Under the pieces are notes generated by a model, which was not told the DNA's origin, did no database searches, and saw only the letters and a program-made list of their open reading frames with translations. Of a stretch of 64,000 nucleotides of DNA, positions 9,091 through 18,582 are shown piece after piece (the stretch's first letter is position 1; the number at the start of each line of letters is the position of its first letter). A program made the position numbers and the translations under genes. Source of the DNA: an uncultured Planctomycetia bacterium (GTDB lineage Bacteria; Omnitrophota; Gorgyraeia; Tantalellales; Tantalellaceae). The stretch is from positions 21,012-85,011 of the forward strand of contig CAYPCX010000006.1 of assembly GCA_964409365.1 (NCBI GenBank), given 5' to 3'.

Positions 9091-10110
9091 TCACCCCGAA
9101 AGTACCGCTTCAGCGGCGCCGAAGACTTCGTCGACGGCGATCGACCTCATGCACATGAACTCTTTGTCGCAGTCTTCTACGTAACACGGGACCTCGCACC
9201 CGACGTCCCTGTATATCACGACGTTCTTTCCCTTTCCGCGCGGGCCGGTCACTTTATGCGAGGTCGGACCGAAAAGCCCTATCGTGGTAACGCCCGCGGC
9301 CGAAGCCAGATGAAGCGGTCCGGAATCCGCGCTTATTACCAGGTCGCATTTCCTGAAAAGGAACGCCAGTTCGTTCAGGCCGGTCTTTCCGGCGAGCGTG
9401 TAACATCTTTCACTCCCTATCTTTAAGACCATTTCACCCGCCAGCTTCTCGTCCCCTGCCGCGCCTGTGATCATGATCTCCACTTCTTTGAAACGCGCCA
9501 GTATCTTTTTCGCCAGTTCCACGAAGCTCTCCACGGGCCATCTCTTCGGCTGCCAATTACCGCCCGGGTTCATCGCTACCATACGCCTCGACCCCCCGCG
9601 TACGTCATGGAGCAGCGCGTCGCCCCGTTCGGCGTCTTCCTCACTGTAGAAATACTCATAAGTGTTGTCGGCTTCGCTCACCCCCACGGCTCCCGCGAGG
9701 GCCAGGATCTGGTCGACCCTGTGCAATCCGCGCGGCATATCCACCTCTCTTGTAAGAGGGGCCGCTTTCTTCCCCGCAAAACCTATGCGTGACGGTATGC
9801 CCGCCAGAGCGGCTATGACCGTTTTTGTCCTCGACGGTTTAAGAAGAAAACAGGTGTCGTATTTTTCCTTGCGTATCATCCCGATAAATTCCAGCTTCTC
9901 CATAAGCGATGCGATGCTGTTATCGTCGGTGAAGGCGTGGACGAAGTTCACCCACGGATTATGGGCAAGGAGGTCAGCGTATCTCGGGACGACGGCGCAG
10001 GTGATAAAGGCGTCCGGGAACTTCTTTCTTATCGCCCTTATGAACGGGAACGAAAAAAGGATATCCCCCATCCAGTTAAGCTCAAAAACAAGTATCCTTT
10101 CGGGCTTCAT
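9091..10110 (-). CDS. LPS heptosyltransferase (GT9)
   Basis: GT9 family (ILVFELNWMGDILFSFPFIRAIRKKFP). Confidence 0.75.
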   Translation of the reverse strand: MKPERILVFELNWMGDILFSFPFIRAIRKKFPDAFITCAVVPRYADLLAHNPWVNFVHAFTDDNSIASLMEKLEFIGMIRKEKYDTCFLLKPSRTKTVIAALAGIPSRIGFAGKKAAPLTREVDMPRGLHRVDQILALAGAVGVSEADNTYEYFYSEEDAERGDALLHDVRGGSRRMVAMNPGGNWQPKRWPVESFVELAKKILARFKEVEIMITGAAGDEKLAGEMVLKIGSERCYTLAGKTGLNELAFLFRKCDLVISADSGPLHLASAAGVTTIGLFGPTSHKVTGPRGKGKNVVIYRDVGCEVPCYVEDCDKEFMCMRSIAVDEVFGAAEAVLSG

Positions 10111-11210
10111 CCGGCGATCACTTCCCTGTAGACTTCCATGGTCTTTGTCACGCTTTCTTCGATCGAAAAATTTCGCGCCGCTTTTTCCCTGGCCTTTTTC
10201 CCGAAGCTCTCGCGCAGGGAAACGTCATTCGTCAGGCGCGCTATACTCTCGCTCAGGGCGCGGGGATCTTCAGGCGGAACGAGGAGCCCGTCCTTTTCGT
10301 GCGTGATAAGTTCCGAAAGCCCCCCCACGTCACTGGCCACGCATGCGCGCCCCGAAGCCATAGCTTCCATCAGGGCAAGCCCCAGCCCTTCATGCACCGA
10401 CGGGAGACAGAACACATCCATGAGCCCCAGATACTTCCCTAAAGACGCGCCGCCCGGTACCATGAAAACATTCTCATCCAGACCCAGGCGCGAGACCTGT
10501 TCCCTGAGGATATCCTTTTCCGGGCCGTCCCCCACAATAAGAAGCTGCAACCGCCCCGGCCCGGAGGTAAGGTCGCCGAAAGCCGCCACAAGGTACTTAT
10601 ATCCTTTAACGGAAGAAAGCCTTCCCACCGAACCTATAACGGTCGCGTCCCTGGCCAGACCGATGCTGTCCAACAGGTCAGTATCCTTCTCCGGACCTCC
10701 GGAGGGATAATTTTCCAGTTCTATCCCGTTGAACACCAGCTTCACGCGCTCCGCGGGAAAACCAAAATCGTCGACAAGATGCCTGCGCACGCTCTCGCTT
10801 ATGGCTATTACCCTGTCCCCCCAGCACGGGAAAAGTTTTCTCCCCAACCTCTTGTACCGAAAAAAACCGTGGCAGGTCGATATATAAGGCCGTCCGGTGA
10901 TCTTACCGGACACGCACGCCAGGACCTGCGCGACACGGGTCTGGGCATGAAGGATGTCATACCCTCCGTCCCTCACCAGCCTGTTAAGCCTGGGCAGGGC
11001 TTTCCACACCGCGGGGCCCAGTTCGGTCTTCGTCTTTATGTCCAAATGGAAGTGCTCAACCCCCTCTTCCCTCAGCCGGCCCTCAAGATCGCCGCCGCTC
11101 GAGGCGACGGTCACCGAAGCGCCGGCTTTCGCGAGGTACCTGGCCAGGTTCACGGTATAGATGCCGATCCCGCCCATGTTCAGGTGTGTCGTCAGCAGTA
11201 ATATCTTCAC
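10107..11210 (-). CDS. glycosyltransferase family 4 (LPS core, WaaG-like)
   Basis: GT4 (GT-B fold) N- and C-terminal motifs, including the EGLGLALMEAMASG region. Confidence 0.75.
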   Translation of the reverse strand: MKILLLTTHLNMGGIGIYTVNLARYLAKAGASVTVASSGGDLEGRLREEGVEHFHLDIKTKTELGPAVWKALPRLNRLVRDGGYDILHAQTRVAQVLACVSGKITGRPYISTCHGFFRYKRLGRKLFPCWGDRVIAISESVRRHLVDDFGFPAERVKLVFNGIELENYPSGGPEKDTDLLDSIGLARDATVIGSVGRLSSVKGYKYLVAAFGDLTSGPGRLQLLIVGDGPEKDILREQVSRLGLDENVFMVPGGASLGKYLGLMDVFCLPSVHEGLGLALMEAMASGRACVASDVGGLSELITHEKDGLLVPPEDPRALSESIARLTNDVSLRESFGKKAREKAARNFSIEESVTKTMEVYREVIAG

Positions 11211-11211
11211 T

Positions 11212-13302
11212 TTAAATTCCCATTATCTCTACCAAAGCCTTGAACGCCTCTTCCACCTTTATCGACGAGACGCACTTACCCCTTCTCAAACATGTCGGCT
11301 TATAACAGGGGGAACACCTCATCTTTTTTCTCAGGATCCTGTGGTCCCCGGACGGAGGCACATGCAGACGGGGGTCCGTCGGGCCGAAAATGGCCACGAA
11401 AGGCGTGCCCACGGCGGAGGCGACATGCATGGGAGCGCTGTCACCCGTAAGCAGGGCGTCACAGCGCTTGATCAGGCTTACCATCTGTGAAATATCCGTT
11501 CTGCCCACGGCGTCGATCGGTTTCGCGTCGGTCTTTTTCAGGAATTCCTCCGCCCGGGACCGGTCCTCACCGGCACCCAGAAGGACGACTCTCACTCCCT
11601 TCTCCCTTGCCAGCGCCTCCGTAAGTTTTATCATGGACTGGACGGGCCAGTTCTTGGTCTTCCACCGCTGGCTCGCTGAGACGCTTATCGCCACGAGTTT
11701 CTGTCCCTCCTTGAGCCAGTTGCTTTTCAGGAACTTTTCGGCCCATTCCTCGCTTTCCCGGACGGGCCAGAGCTCAAGCCGATCATCCAGCTTGGTGATA
11801 CCCAGGAGCCCCAGGACACACGCCTGGTGTTTCACGGGCTCCATCGGTTTTTTCGGAAGGCTGATCTTCCTGTTCAGGAGAAAGCTCATCTTGCCGTTAT
11901 CGTAACCGTACCTTTCGGGCACTATGCTCAAAAAAGAAAGAAGATGGCTCCTGCGGTTGTTCTGCAGGTCTATGGTGATATCCATGTCCTCGGCGCGCAG
12001 TTTTCGCGCGAGCTTTAAGAACCCGACCCTTTTGTCCCTGCCGTCAAAATCACAGGTAATAAGTTCGTCCACGTACGGGCAGTTCTCGAGCACCTCCCTG
12101 AAACGGACATCCACCAGTACCGTTATGTTGGCGTTCGGGAACTTTTTCCTGACGGCACGGAGCGACGGGGTGCTAAGTATGATATCCCCGAGGGAACTGA
12201 TCTTGAAGATAAGTATGTTCTTCGTGTTGAGCGCGCGTTCGTAAGTCTGGAGGGTTATCTCCATGGTCTTGTTCAGGGAATAGTTCTTTTCGACGTTCTT
12301 TCTTGCCTTTTCGGCTATTTTCCTCATAAGGTCCGGGTCATTGGCATAACGAAGTATCTTATCGGCCATGTCCGAGGGGTTGACCGGCTCACACATGAGC
12401 CCCGTGACACCGTCGGTGATATTCTCTGCGACCCCGCCCACTTCGGTTGCCACAACGGGCACACCCCTGGCCTGGGCCTCGACGACAGATCGCCCGAAAG
12501 CTTCCTGCGCCCTGTTGGCGGAAACGAAAACATCGAGGCCCTTAAGCACCTCGGCCACGTCCTCGTCGCTGCTTTTATACTTGACGATCTTGTCGATCAT
12601 CAGCCGGCGCGTCGTCAATTCGATCTTTTTTATGTATTCTTCCTTCGCGGAAGCTTTGTCGCCCATCATTACTACCTCAAGCCTGGGTAACTTTCTCGAG
12701 ACGTACGAAGCGGCCTTCAAAAAATCCAGGTGCCCTTTAAGCGGAGTGAAACGCGATATCATCCCCACGCGAAAAACCTTGCCGTCGTCTTTAGGGAAAG
12801 GTATGAAAGAAAATTTTTTCAGGTCTATCCCTCTCGGTATGATGGCCATCTTCTTGGGGGGAGTGCCGAAATTGTCCTTCATGTACCTGGCCATCGTCTC
12901 GTTGGCCACGATCACTACCTTGCCCCAGCCCATTACCCGGCTGATAAGGTGTCTTTTGTACTGGCCATGGGCCGTGGTTATAAAAGTCCTGCCTGTTCCC
13001 CTCGCGGCGAAGTACCCCGTGACCGCGGGCACCCTGCTGCGCGCGTGGACGATATGGATATTCTCCTTTTTTATGATCTTTTTGAGCGCAAAATAACAGT
13101 AGATCATCACCAGGGGGTTTTTACGGTCCACGGGGAGCTTATAATGGCGCGCTCCTATCGCAGCGAGGTTCTTTTCGAACCTCCCTCCTCCCGAGACGAC
13201 CACGGCCTTGTGGCCGTTAAGCGTAAGATACCGCGCGACCTCCACGGTGCCTTTTTCGACGCCGCCTATGTTCAATCTTGGGACAAGCTGAAGTATGTTC
13301 AT
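11212..13302 (-). CDS. fusion protein: N-terminal GT4 glycosyltransferase plus C-terminal GT9 heptosyltransferase (696 aa)
   Basis: N-terminal half is GT4-like (MNILQLVPRLNIGGVEKGT...). C-terminal half begins ILIFKISSLGDIILSTPSLRAVRKKFP and continues through GT9 motifs. Confidence 0.7.
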   Translation of the reverse strand: MNILQLVPRLNIGGVEKGTVEVARYLTLNGHKAVVVSGGGRFEKNLAAIGARHYKLPVDRKNPLVMIYCYFALKKIIKKENIHIVHARSRVPAVTGYFAARGTGRTFITTAHGQYKRHLISRVMGWGKVVIVANETMARYMKDNFGTPPKKMAIIPRGIDLKKFSFIPFPKDDGKVFRVGMISRFTPLKGHLDFLKAASYVSRKLPRLEVVMMGDKASAKEEYIKKIELTTRRLMIDKIVKYKSSDEDVAEVLKGLDVFVSANRAQEAFGRSVVEAQARGVPVVATEVGGVAENITDGVTGLMCEPVNPSDMADKILRYANDPDLMRKIAEKARKNVEKNYSLNKTMEITLQTYERALNTKNILIFKISSLGDIILSTPSLRAVRKKFPNANITVLVDVRFREVLENCPYVDELITCDFDGRDKRVGFLKLARKLRAEDMDITIDLQNNRRSHLLSFLSIVPERYGYDNGKMSFLLNRKISLPKKPMEPVKHQACVLGLLGITKLDDRLELWPVRESEEWAEKFLKSNWLKEGQKLVAISVSASQRWKTKNWPVQSMIKLTEALAREKGVRVVLLGAGEDRSRAEEFLKKTDAKPIDAVGRTDISQMVSLIKRCDALLTGDSAPMHVASAVGTPFVAIFGPTDPRLHVPPSGDHRILRKKMRCSPCYKPTCLRRGKCVSSIKVEEAFKALVEIMGI

Positions 13303-13392
13303 AATATTCAGGTTTCAAGTTTCAGGTTTCAAGTCTCAGGGCCATGGATAAAGACATGCTTTTTCTTCCGCCTGACACCTGACACCCGACAC

Positions 13393-15339
13393 CTAAAATA
13401 ATCTGTACAATTTCTCGTATATTCTCCGGTTATCTTCAGGTACGGTAAATTCCGCTCTTCTTTCAAGGACGTCTGTCAACCGGTCCGGTATCTCTTCCGG
13501 TTTCACTACTTTAAGGTACTTTTTCCGGTCGAGATCGTCGACGAATTTTTCGTATTTGGTCGGCCCGGCGACCTTCTTGTCGGGCATGAACACCAACACG
13601 GGTTTCCCGGACGAAACCGCCTCGGAGACCATGGATATGCTCTCTCCGGAGACCATTATCACGTCGCTTGCCGCCATTATCTTTTCCACCGTGTGATCGT
13701 CCGTATCGTCCCTGCCTGAAACGTACATCGCGCACCTGGGATAGGACCCTAACATCTCCTTCACCGCTGCCTCGGCGCCCTCGGAAGTCCTCCTGGAAGT
13801 GGTCATGTAGAGATACCCGTCCCTTGCTTCGCAGGAACGCCGGACATTCTCCCCGAGGGATCTCAAAAGATCATTCCCGAACGTGTAATCAGGATTGTCC
13901 CCGCCGAGAAGAAGCCCCAGGCGGAATTTGCCCGGGAACGCCTTCCCCTCGCCTATCTTTTCCCTGAATGACGCCAACTCGCCGGAACTGATAAGGTTGG
14001 GGGCAAGGTCCGTAAAGATCAGGTTGTCCTTCGGCTTTCCTTTTACCTTATGCATGTCATGCCGCGGGATGATAACGAGATCGAACTTTTTGCGGCTCAG
14101 CGGGCCCGGGTCCATTACCGTGACGTTACGCGCGTAGTTCTCGATCTTCAGCATCCTGCTGACACCGAACAGTGAAGAGCCGCAGCTGACGATGATATCA
14201 GCGTACCGGTTGACCGCATTATCATAACTTTCCGCATCAAGCGCCCATCTCAAAAAGCCCATCCGGCCCTGGAAGTTATTGACGAAGAATGGGCTGAGCG
14301 CGTTAAAGACCGTTTTTCGAGCTTTGTTCCTGAAATTTATGCGAACGACTTCCGCTTCAATATATTCGGGCGCGTACCCTTCATCCTCCCGGAAGCGCCT
14401 CATCTGCTTCACGACGGCAAGAGATTGTTTGAGGTGCCCCTTCTTGCCGTCATCGAGCACCATGACCTTCCTGAGAGGGGTCACTTTCCATCTCTTGTGC
14501 ACCCAGAACCACTGATCGGGATGGTCGCGGACATGCTTTTCCAGCAACCTGCTGTATTCCTCCATGTAGGGGATTATGTCATCATCCTCGCCTATTTTCA
14601 TGGGCTGTTCCAGCACAAGCTCATGATACGGGCCTTTTTTCCTGTGTATGAACGCCGGCAGTACCCACGCCCCGCTCTTCTGGGCGAACCGGTACGGGCC
14701 CGTAACAGTGGATGCCGGGCGGCCGAAAAAATCTATGAGTTCGCCGCTGGAGCCGGCGTTCTGGTCCGCGAGAAGACCCAGGCTCTTGCCCTCATGCAGC
14801 ACGCGGAAGATCTTCTTTATATCAAGCCCCTTGCGTATCACGACGTTGCCTTTGGCCTCGCGCATCCCGTTAAAAAGCTCATTGACCCTTTGCATCTTCT
14901 GGTCCCTCGCGATGATATGCATCGGGAACCCTTTTATCACGCTGGCCGCTATGCTCAGTTCCCAGCTCCCGAAATGGGCGGAAACCAGTATCATCCCGTT
15001 CGGGTTCTTCGCGGCTTCCACTATTCTTTCAAAATTGATGATATCCACGTATTTTTCCACGAACCGGTCGTCCACCTTGGTAAGCAGCATTATGTCCGCG
15101 ATAGTACGGCCCAGGTGTTTGTACACCTTTTTCGTCAGGCGCTTGATCTCGGCGGGGCTCTTTTCCGAGCTGAACGCCGCTTTCAGGTTGGCATACGTTA
15201 CCCTCTGCCTTTTCCCGCTCAGGACGTACGCGAGTGACCCCAGGCCGCTCGCAAGCCACAGGCTGAACCGCATCGGCAAAAAATGCAGTATCCGGTTCAG
15301 CGCTTTAACCGCGTAAGACGCTATCAAGTCCAGAAACAA
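13393..15339 (-). CDS. fusion protein: lipid A secondary (lauroyl/myristoyl) acyltransferase LpxL/HtrB-like N-terminus plus ELM1/DUF1022-like GT-B C-terminal domain (648 aa)
   Basis: N-terminal about 300 aa matches the LPLAT LpxL family. The C-terminal domain starts VMVLDDGKKGHLKQSLAV and contains TTSRRT, which resembles the DUF1022/ELM1 family. Confidence 0.6.
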   Translation of the reverse strand: MFLDLIASYAVKALNRILHFLPMRFSLWLASGLGSLAYVLSGKRQRVTYANLKAAFSSEKSPAEIKRLTKKVYKHLGRTIADIMLLTKVDDRFVEKYVDIINFERIVEAAKNPNGMILVSAHFGSWELSIAASVIKGFPMHIIARDQKMQRVNELFNGMREAKGNVVIRKGLDIKKIFRVLHEGKSLGLLADQNAGSSGELIDFFGRPASTVTGPYRFAQKSGAWVLPAFIHRKKGPYHELVLEQPMKIGEDDDIIPYMEEYSRLLEKHVRDHPDQWFWVHKRWKVTPLRKVMVLDDGKKGHLKQSLAVVKQMRRFREDEGYAPEYIEAEVVRINFRNKARKTVFNALSPFFVNNFQGRMGFLRWALDAESYDNAVNRYADIIVSCGSSLFGVSRMLKIENYARNVTVMDPGPLSRKKFDLVIIPRHDMHKVKGKPKDNLIFTDLAPNLISSGELASFREKIGEGKAFPGKFRLGLLLGGDNPDYTFGNDLLRSLGENVRRSCEARDGYLYMTTSRRTSEGAEAAVKEMLGSYPRCAMYVSGRDDTDDHTVEKIMAASDVIMVSGESISMVSEAVSSGKPVLVFMPDKKVAGPTKYEKFVDDLDRKKYLKVVKPEEIPDRLTDVLERRAEFTVPEDNRRIYEKLYRLF

Positions 15340-16342
15340 GATCCTCCTTTCCGCTTACTATATCCATAACGACGTTAAGGATGAATAATTTGTCCTCTAT
15401 GCCCGAAAGATCCAGCTTTTTTATCTTCACATAATCTTTTTTTGTCACTATTATCATTTCGGCGTCCTTTTCCGCGCAACCGGCGGATATCCTGTTGATA
15501 TCATTCTGACCGTACGCGTAATGGTCAGTATGATCGAACCGTAACACGACGGCGGCGCCTGCCGCCTCTACCAGGGACGCGAAATAGTCCGGGTCGACTA
15601 TGCCGCTCGCGAGGCAGACCTTTTTGCCCTTAAGGCTCTCCACGGGGTAAGCCGATCCCGTGACGTCCGTGAGGAACGTCGGCTTATGCCTCGATAGTAT
15701 CACGCGCCTGCCCGGGGCGATGCTTTCCAGACGGTCCCTGACTTTCGCGAGCGAGGCCTCATCGGCCCTGTCCGCCTTGGTTATAACGAAAATGTCCGCT
15801 CTCCTTACCGAAGATACGGGTTCCCGCAATATCCCGCGGGGAAAAAGGCACCCGTTCCCGAAGGGCGAAGTACCGTCCAAAAGAAGCACGTTCACGTCCC
15901 TTGCCACCCGCCTGTGCTGGAACCCGTCATCGAGTATCAGCACATCGCTTCCTTCCCGCAGGGCCCGGCGCGCGCTTCTTACGCGGTCCTGTCCCACTAT
16001 GACCGGGACGTCCGCCAGTTCATCCTTTATCATCCTGCATTCATCTCTGCCGTAGCCTCTCGTGAGCACGGCCGGTTTTCTCGCACAGGAAAGAAAATGC
16101 TCCGCCAGGTATATCGACATCGGCGTCTTGCCCGTACCGCCCAGCGTTATGTTCCCCACACTGATGACGGGCACGTCCATCTTATGCGTCTTTCTCATGC
16201 CGGAGGCATAGCTCCAGTCGACGATCCTTATGCCCGCGGCATAGAACCAGGAAAGAACACGCAAGACCCCTTTCACAACAAGGGCCGTTGGCCCCTTGCG
16301 TTCATCCTTCATCAGCGATAACACGTACGATCTGAATGACAT
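15305..16342 (-). CDS. lpxK: tetraacyldisaccharide 4'-kinase
   Basis: P-loop ISVGNITLGGTGKTP. 345 aa. Confidence 0.85.
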   Translation of the reverse strand: MSFRSYVLSLMKDERKGPTALVVKGVLRVLSWFYAAGIRIVDWSYASGMRKTHKMDVPVISVGNITLGGTGKTPMSIYLAEHFLSCARKPAVLTRGYGRDECRMIKDELADVPVIVGQDRVRSARRALREGSDVLILDDGFQHRRVARDVNVLLLDGTSPFGNGCLFPRGILREPVSSVRRADIFVITKADRADEASLAKVRDRLESIAPGRRVILSRHKPTFLTDVTGSAYPVESLKGKKVCLASGIVDPDYFASLVEAAGAAVVLRFDHTDHYAYGQNDINRISAGCAEKDAEMIIVTKKDYVKIKKLDLSGIEDKLFILNVVMDIVSGKEDLVSGLDSVLRG

Positions 16343-16353
16343 TGCCAGTAAAA

Positions 16354-16420
16354 ATATATTCTGGGGACATGTTTGGGCACCTACATAACGTCTACGACAA
16401 ACGTGTCCCCAGAACCTCAG
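16354..16420. repeat. conserved intergenic hairpin element, family A (TCTGGGGACA...TGTCCCCAGA), single copy, lpxK/waaA junction
   Basis: atatattCTGGGGACATGTTTG-loop-CAAACGTGTCCCCAGaacctcag. Its stem differs from other copies by paired substitutions. The waaA stop codon (TAG, 16392-16394) lies in the loop. Confidence 0.85.
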
Positions 16421-17696
16421 TAATGTATGGTTCCATTTTTCTTATAGTTCTACTAATCGCTCCCGAATTCCGTTCGATGACCTTTCTCGCGTTAGCGCTT
16501 ATCCTTTTTCTTTTTTCCGGATCACGCAAAAGTTCCCGCGCCACCGATCTCAGCTGTTCCACGTTCTCCACTCCGACAGCGGCATCATTCTCCAGAAAGA
16601 TATCGGCCACTTCCCTGAAGTTATACATGTTGGGCCCGAAAAGCACCGTCTTGCCCCAACTTGCTCCTTCTATCGGGTTCTGTCCGCCTTTTCTGGCCAG
16701 ACTACCTCCGACGAATATCAGTGTCGCAACGCTATATATATCCTTCAGATGCCCTATCGTATCCACCAGCACCACATCCACTTCGGAAGTGGCGCCTTGT
16801 TCAACCCCGGGGGTTGAAAGTATCTCGGAAAAAAGGCGGTATTTCATGCCTGACCTCTCGAGAAAAGCTCTGACAACATCCGTCCTTTCGACGTGCCGGG
16901 GAGCAAGTACTAGCTTCAGGTCGGGATACTTTCCTTTGAGTTCACCGTAAACGTCTATTATCTCCTTTTCCTCGGGGGAATGCGTGCTCCCGGCCACAAC
17001 GACCCTGTCTTCACGGCCAAATCCAAGGTACTCGCCGCTGAATGCGCCGGACGAGGCCGAGCCGGCAGGATCGTCGAACTTCATATTGCCCGTGACAAAG
17101 ACCTTTTCCCCCGGGGCACCGAGCGTCTTGATCCTTTCGGCGTCCCTTTCCGTCTGCATGCAGAAACAGTCGACGCATTTCAGGATGCGTTCCGTTACGA
17201 ACTTTATCCTGCCGTAATTCGTGAAAGAAGAATCGGATATCCTGCCGTTGGCCAGGATGATCGGCACGTCCTTGCGGTTGAGCTGCCGCAGAAGGTTCGG
17301 CCAAAGCTCCGTTTCCATCATCACGTACACCGACGGGTGCACAAGAGCCACGACCCGGGACACGATCACGCTTATATCCAGAGGATAATAGAATATCGCG
17401 TCGACCACGCCCTCGCCCGCCTTACGGATCATCTTATTACCGGTCTTCGTCGTGGTGGAAACTATGACAGAAGTGCCCGGACACGTCTTCTTTATCCCCG
17501 AGGCGAGCCGCGCCGCGAGCTGCGCCTCTCCCACGCTGACCGCGTGTATCCAGACGGGCCTTTCCAGCTTCTTTACGCTATCCGGCAGAACGCCGAACTT
17601 CTGGGGGAAATCCCCGTGAAGCTTTCCCTTTACCAGAAGATAAGGAACGTACAAAGCCGCGAAAACCAGAAAAACAAGATCATACAGTAACTGCAT
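16392..17696 (-). CDS. waaA: 3-deoxy-D-manno-octulosonic acid (KDO) transferase
   Basis: WIHAVSVGEAQLA motif of KdtA/WaaA. The last 9 codons are encoded inside the family-A repeat. Confidence 0.85.
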   Translation of the reverse strand: MQLLYDLVFLVFAALYVPYLLVKGKLHGDFPQKFGVLPDSVKKLERPVWIHAVSVGEAQLAARLASGIKKTCPGTSVIVSTTTKTGNKMIRKAGEGVVDAIFYYPLDISVIVSRVVALVHPSVYVMMETELWPNLLRQLNRKDVPIILANGRISDSSFTNYGRIKFVTERILKCVDCFCMQTERDAERIKTLGAPGEKVFVTGNMKFDDPAGSASSGAFSGEYLGFGREDRVVVAGSTHSPEEKEIIDVYGELKGKYPDLKLVLAPRHVERTDVVRAFLERSGMKYRLFSEILSTPGVEQGATSEVDVVLVDTIGHLKDIYSVATLIFVGGSLARKGGQNPIEGASWGKTVLFGPNMYNFREVADIFLENDAAVGVENVEQLRSVARELLRDPEKRKRISANARKVIERNSGAISRTIRKMEPYITEVLGTRLS

Positions 17697-17707
17697 ATCG
17701 TTTCGAT

Positions 17708-18580
17708 CTATGCGCGGGGGTGCGCTTTCGAATAGATCTCCTTGATCCGCTGCGTCCCGAGGTGCGTATAGATCTGGGTGGTCGACAGGTTCTTGTGCCC
17801 CAAAAGTTCCTGCACGCTCCTCAGATCCGCTCCATTGTTAAGCATATGGGTCGCGAACGAATGCCTTATTGAATGAGGGGATATCTTCTGCTCTATACTG
17901 CACTGCCTTATATATTTATCTATTATACGCCTCACGCTCCTGTCGGTAAGCCGCTTGCCGTTCTTGTTAAGGAAGAGCGCCTGCTGCGCAGCGGACCGCT
18001 GACTTTTCCTCTCGTCGATATAACTGCGTATGGCCCTCTGGGCCTCTTTTCCCAGTAGAGTTATGCGTTCTTTCTTTCCTTTACCCCTGACCTTTACCGC
18101 GCCGGCGATAAGATCGACCTCATCGGTATCGATCCCCACGAGCTCGCTTACGCGTATACCGGTGGAATACAGGACCTCCAGTATGGCCCTGTCTCTCAGT
18201 CCCAGAAGGCTGTCCAGCGGGGGGGCGGTGATCAGCTTCAGTGTCTTGTCCGCGTCGAGGAACTCCGGTAATTTCTTATCAAGTTTAGGGGTGAATATCC
18301 CCTCGGTGGGGTTCCTCGTGATGTGTTTGTCCCTGAAAAGAAAACGGAAGAACGACCTGATCGCGCCCAGTTTCCTCACAACGGTCCTCTTGGAACAGTT
18401 CCTGTGCTTGAGCTCCGCGAGGAAACGCCTTATATCGAGATGGGTCACCTTCTTCGGTTCCTTATCTTTAAGGAACCCGGCAAGCTCCAGGAGGTCCGTC
18501 CTGTAACCGCGCAGCGTGTGCTCCGAATAGTTCTTCTCGACCTCAAGATATTTGATGAATTTCCCGACGAAACGTTCCAT
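17708..18580 (-). CDS. xerC: tyrosine site-specific recombinase XerC/XerD family
   Basis: C-terminal [38 protein letters not shown] catalytic region. Start taken at MERFVGKF (18580), 2 nt after the topA stop. Confidence 0.8.
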   Translation of the reverse strand: MERFVGKFIKYLEVEKNYSEHTLRGYRTDLLELAGFLKDKEPKKVTHLDIRRFLAELKHRNCSKRTVVRKLGAIRSFFRFLFRDKHITRNPTEGIFTPKLDKKLPEFLDADKTLKLITAPPLDSLLGLRDRAILEVLYSTGIRVSELVGIDTDEVDLIAGAVKVRGKGKKERITLLGKEAQRAIRSYIDERKSQRSAAQQALFLNKNGKRLTDRSVRRIIDKYIRQCSIEQKISPHSIRHSFATHMLNNGADLRSVQELLGHKNLSTTQIYTHLGTQRIKEIYSKAHPRA

Positions 18581-18582
18581 CG

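Noticed and set aside
9662-10306. Numerous 60-360-aa plus-strand ORFs (e.g. 9662..10306, 26981..28072, 29718..31343, 61447..62841)
   Set aside because: All lie antisense to well-supported minus-strand genes and show no recognisable protein family features. They are typical shadow ORFs in GC-rich coding DNA.
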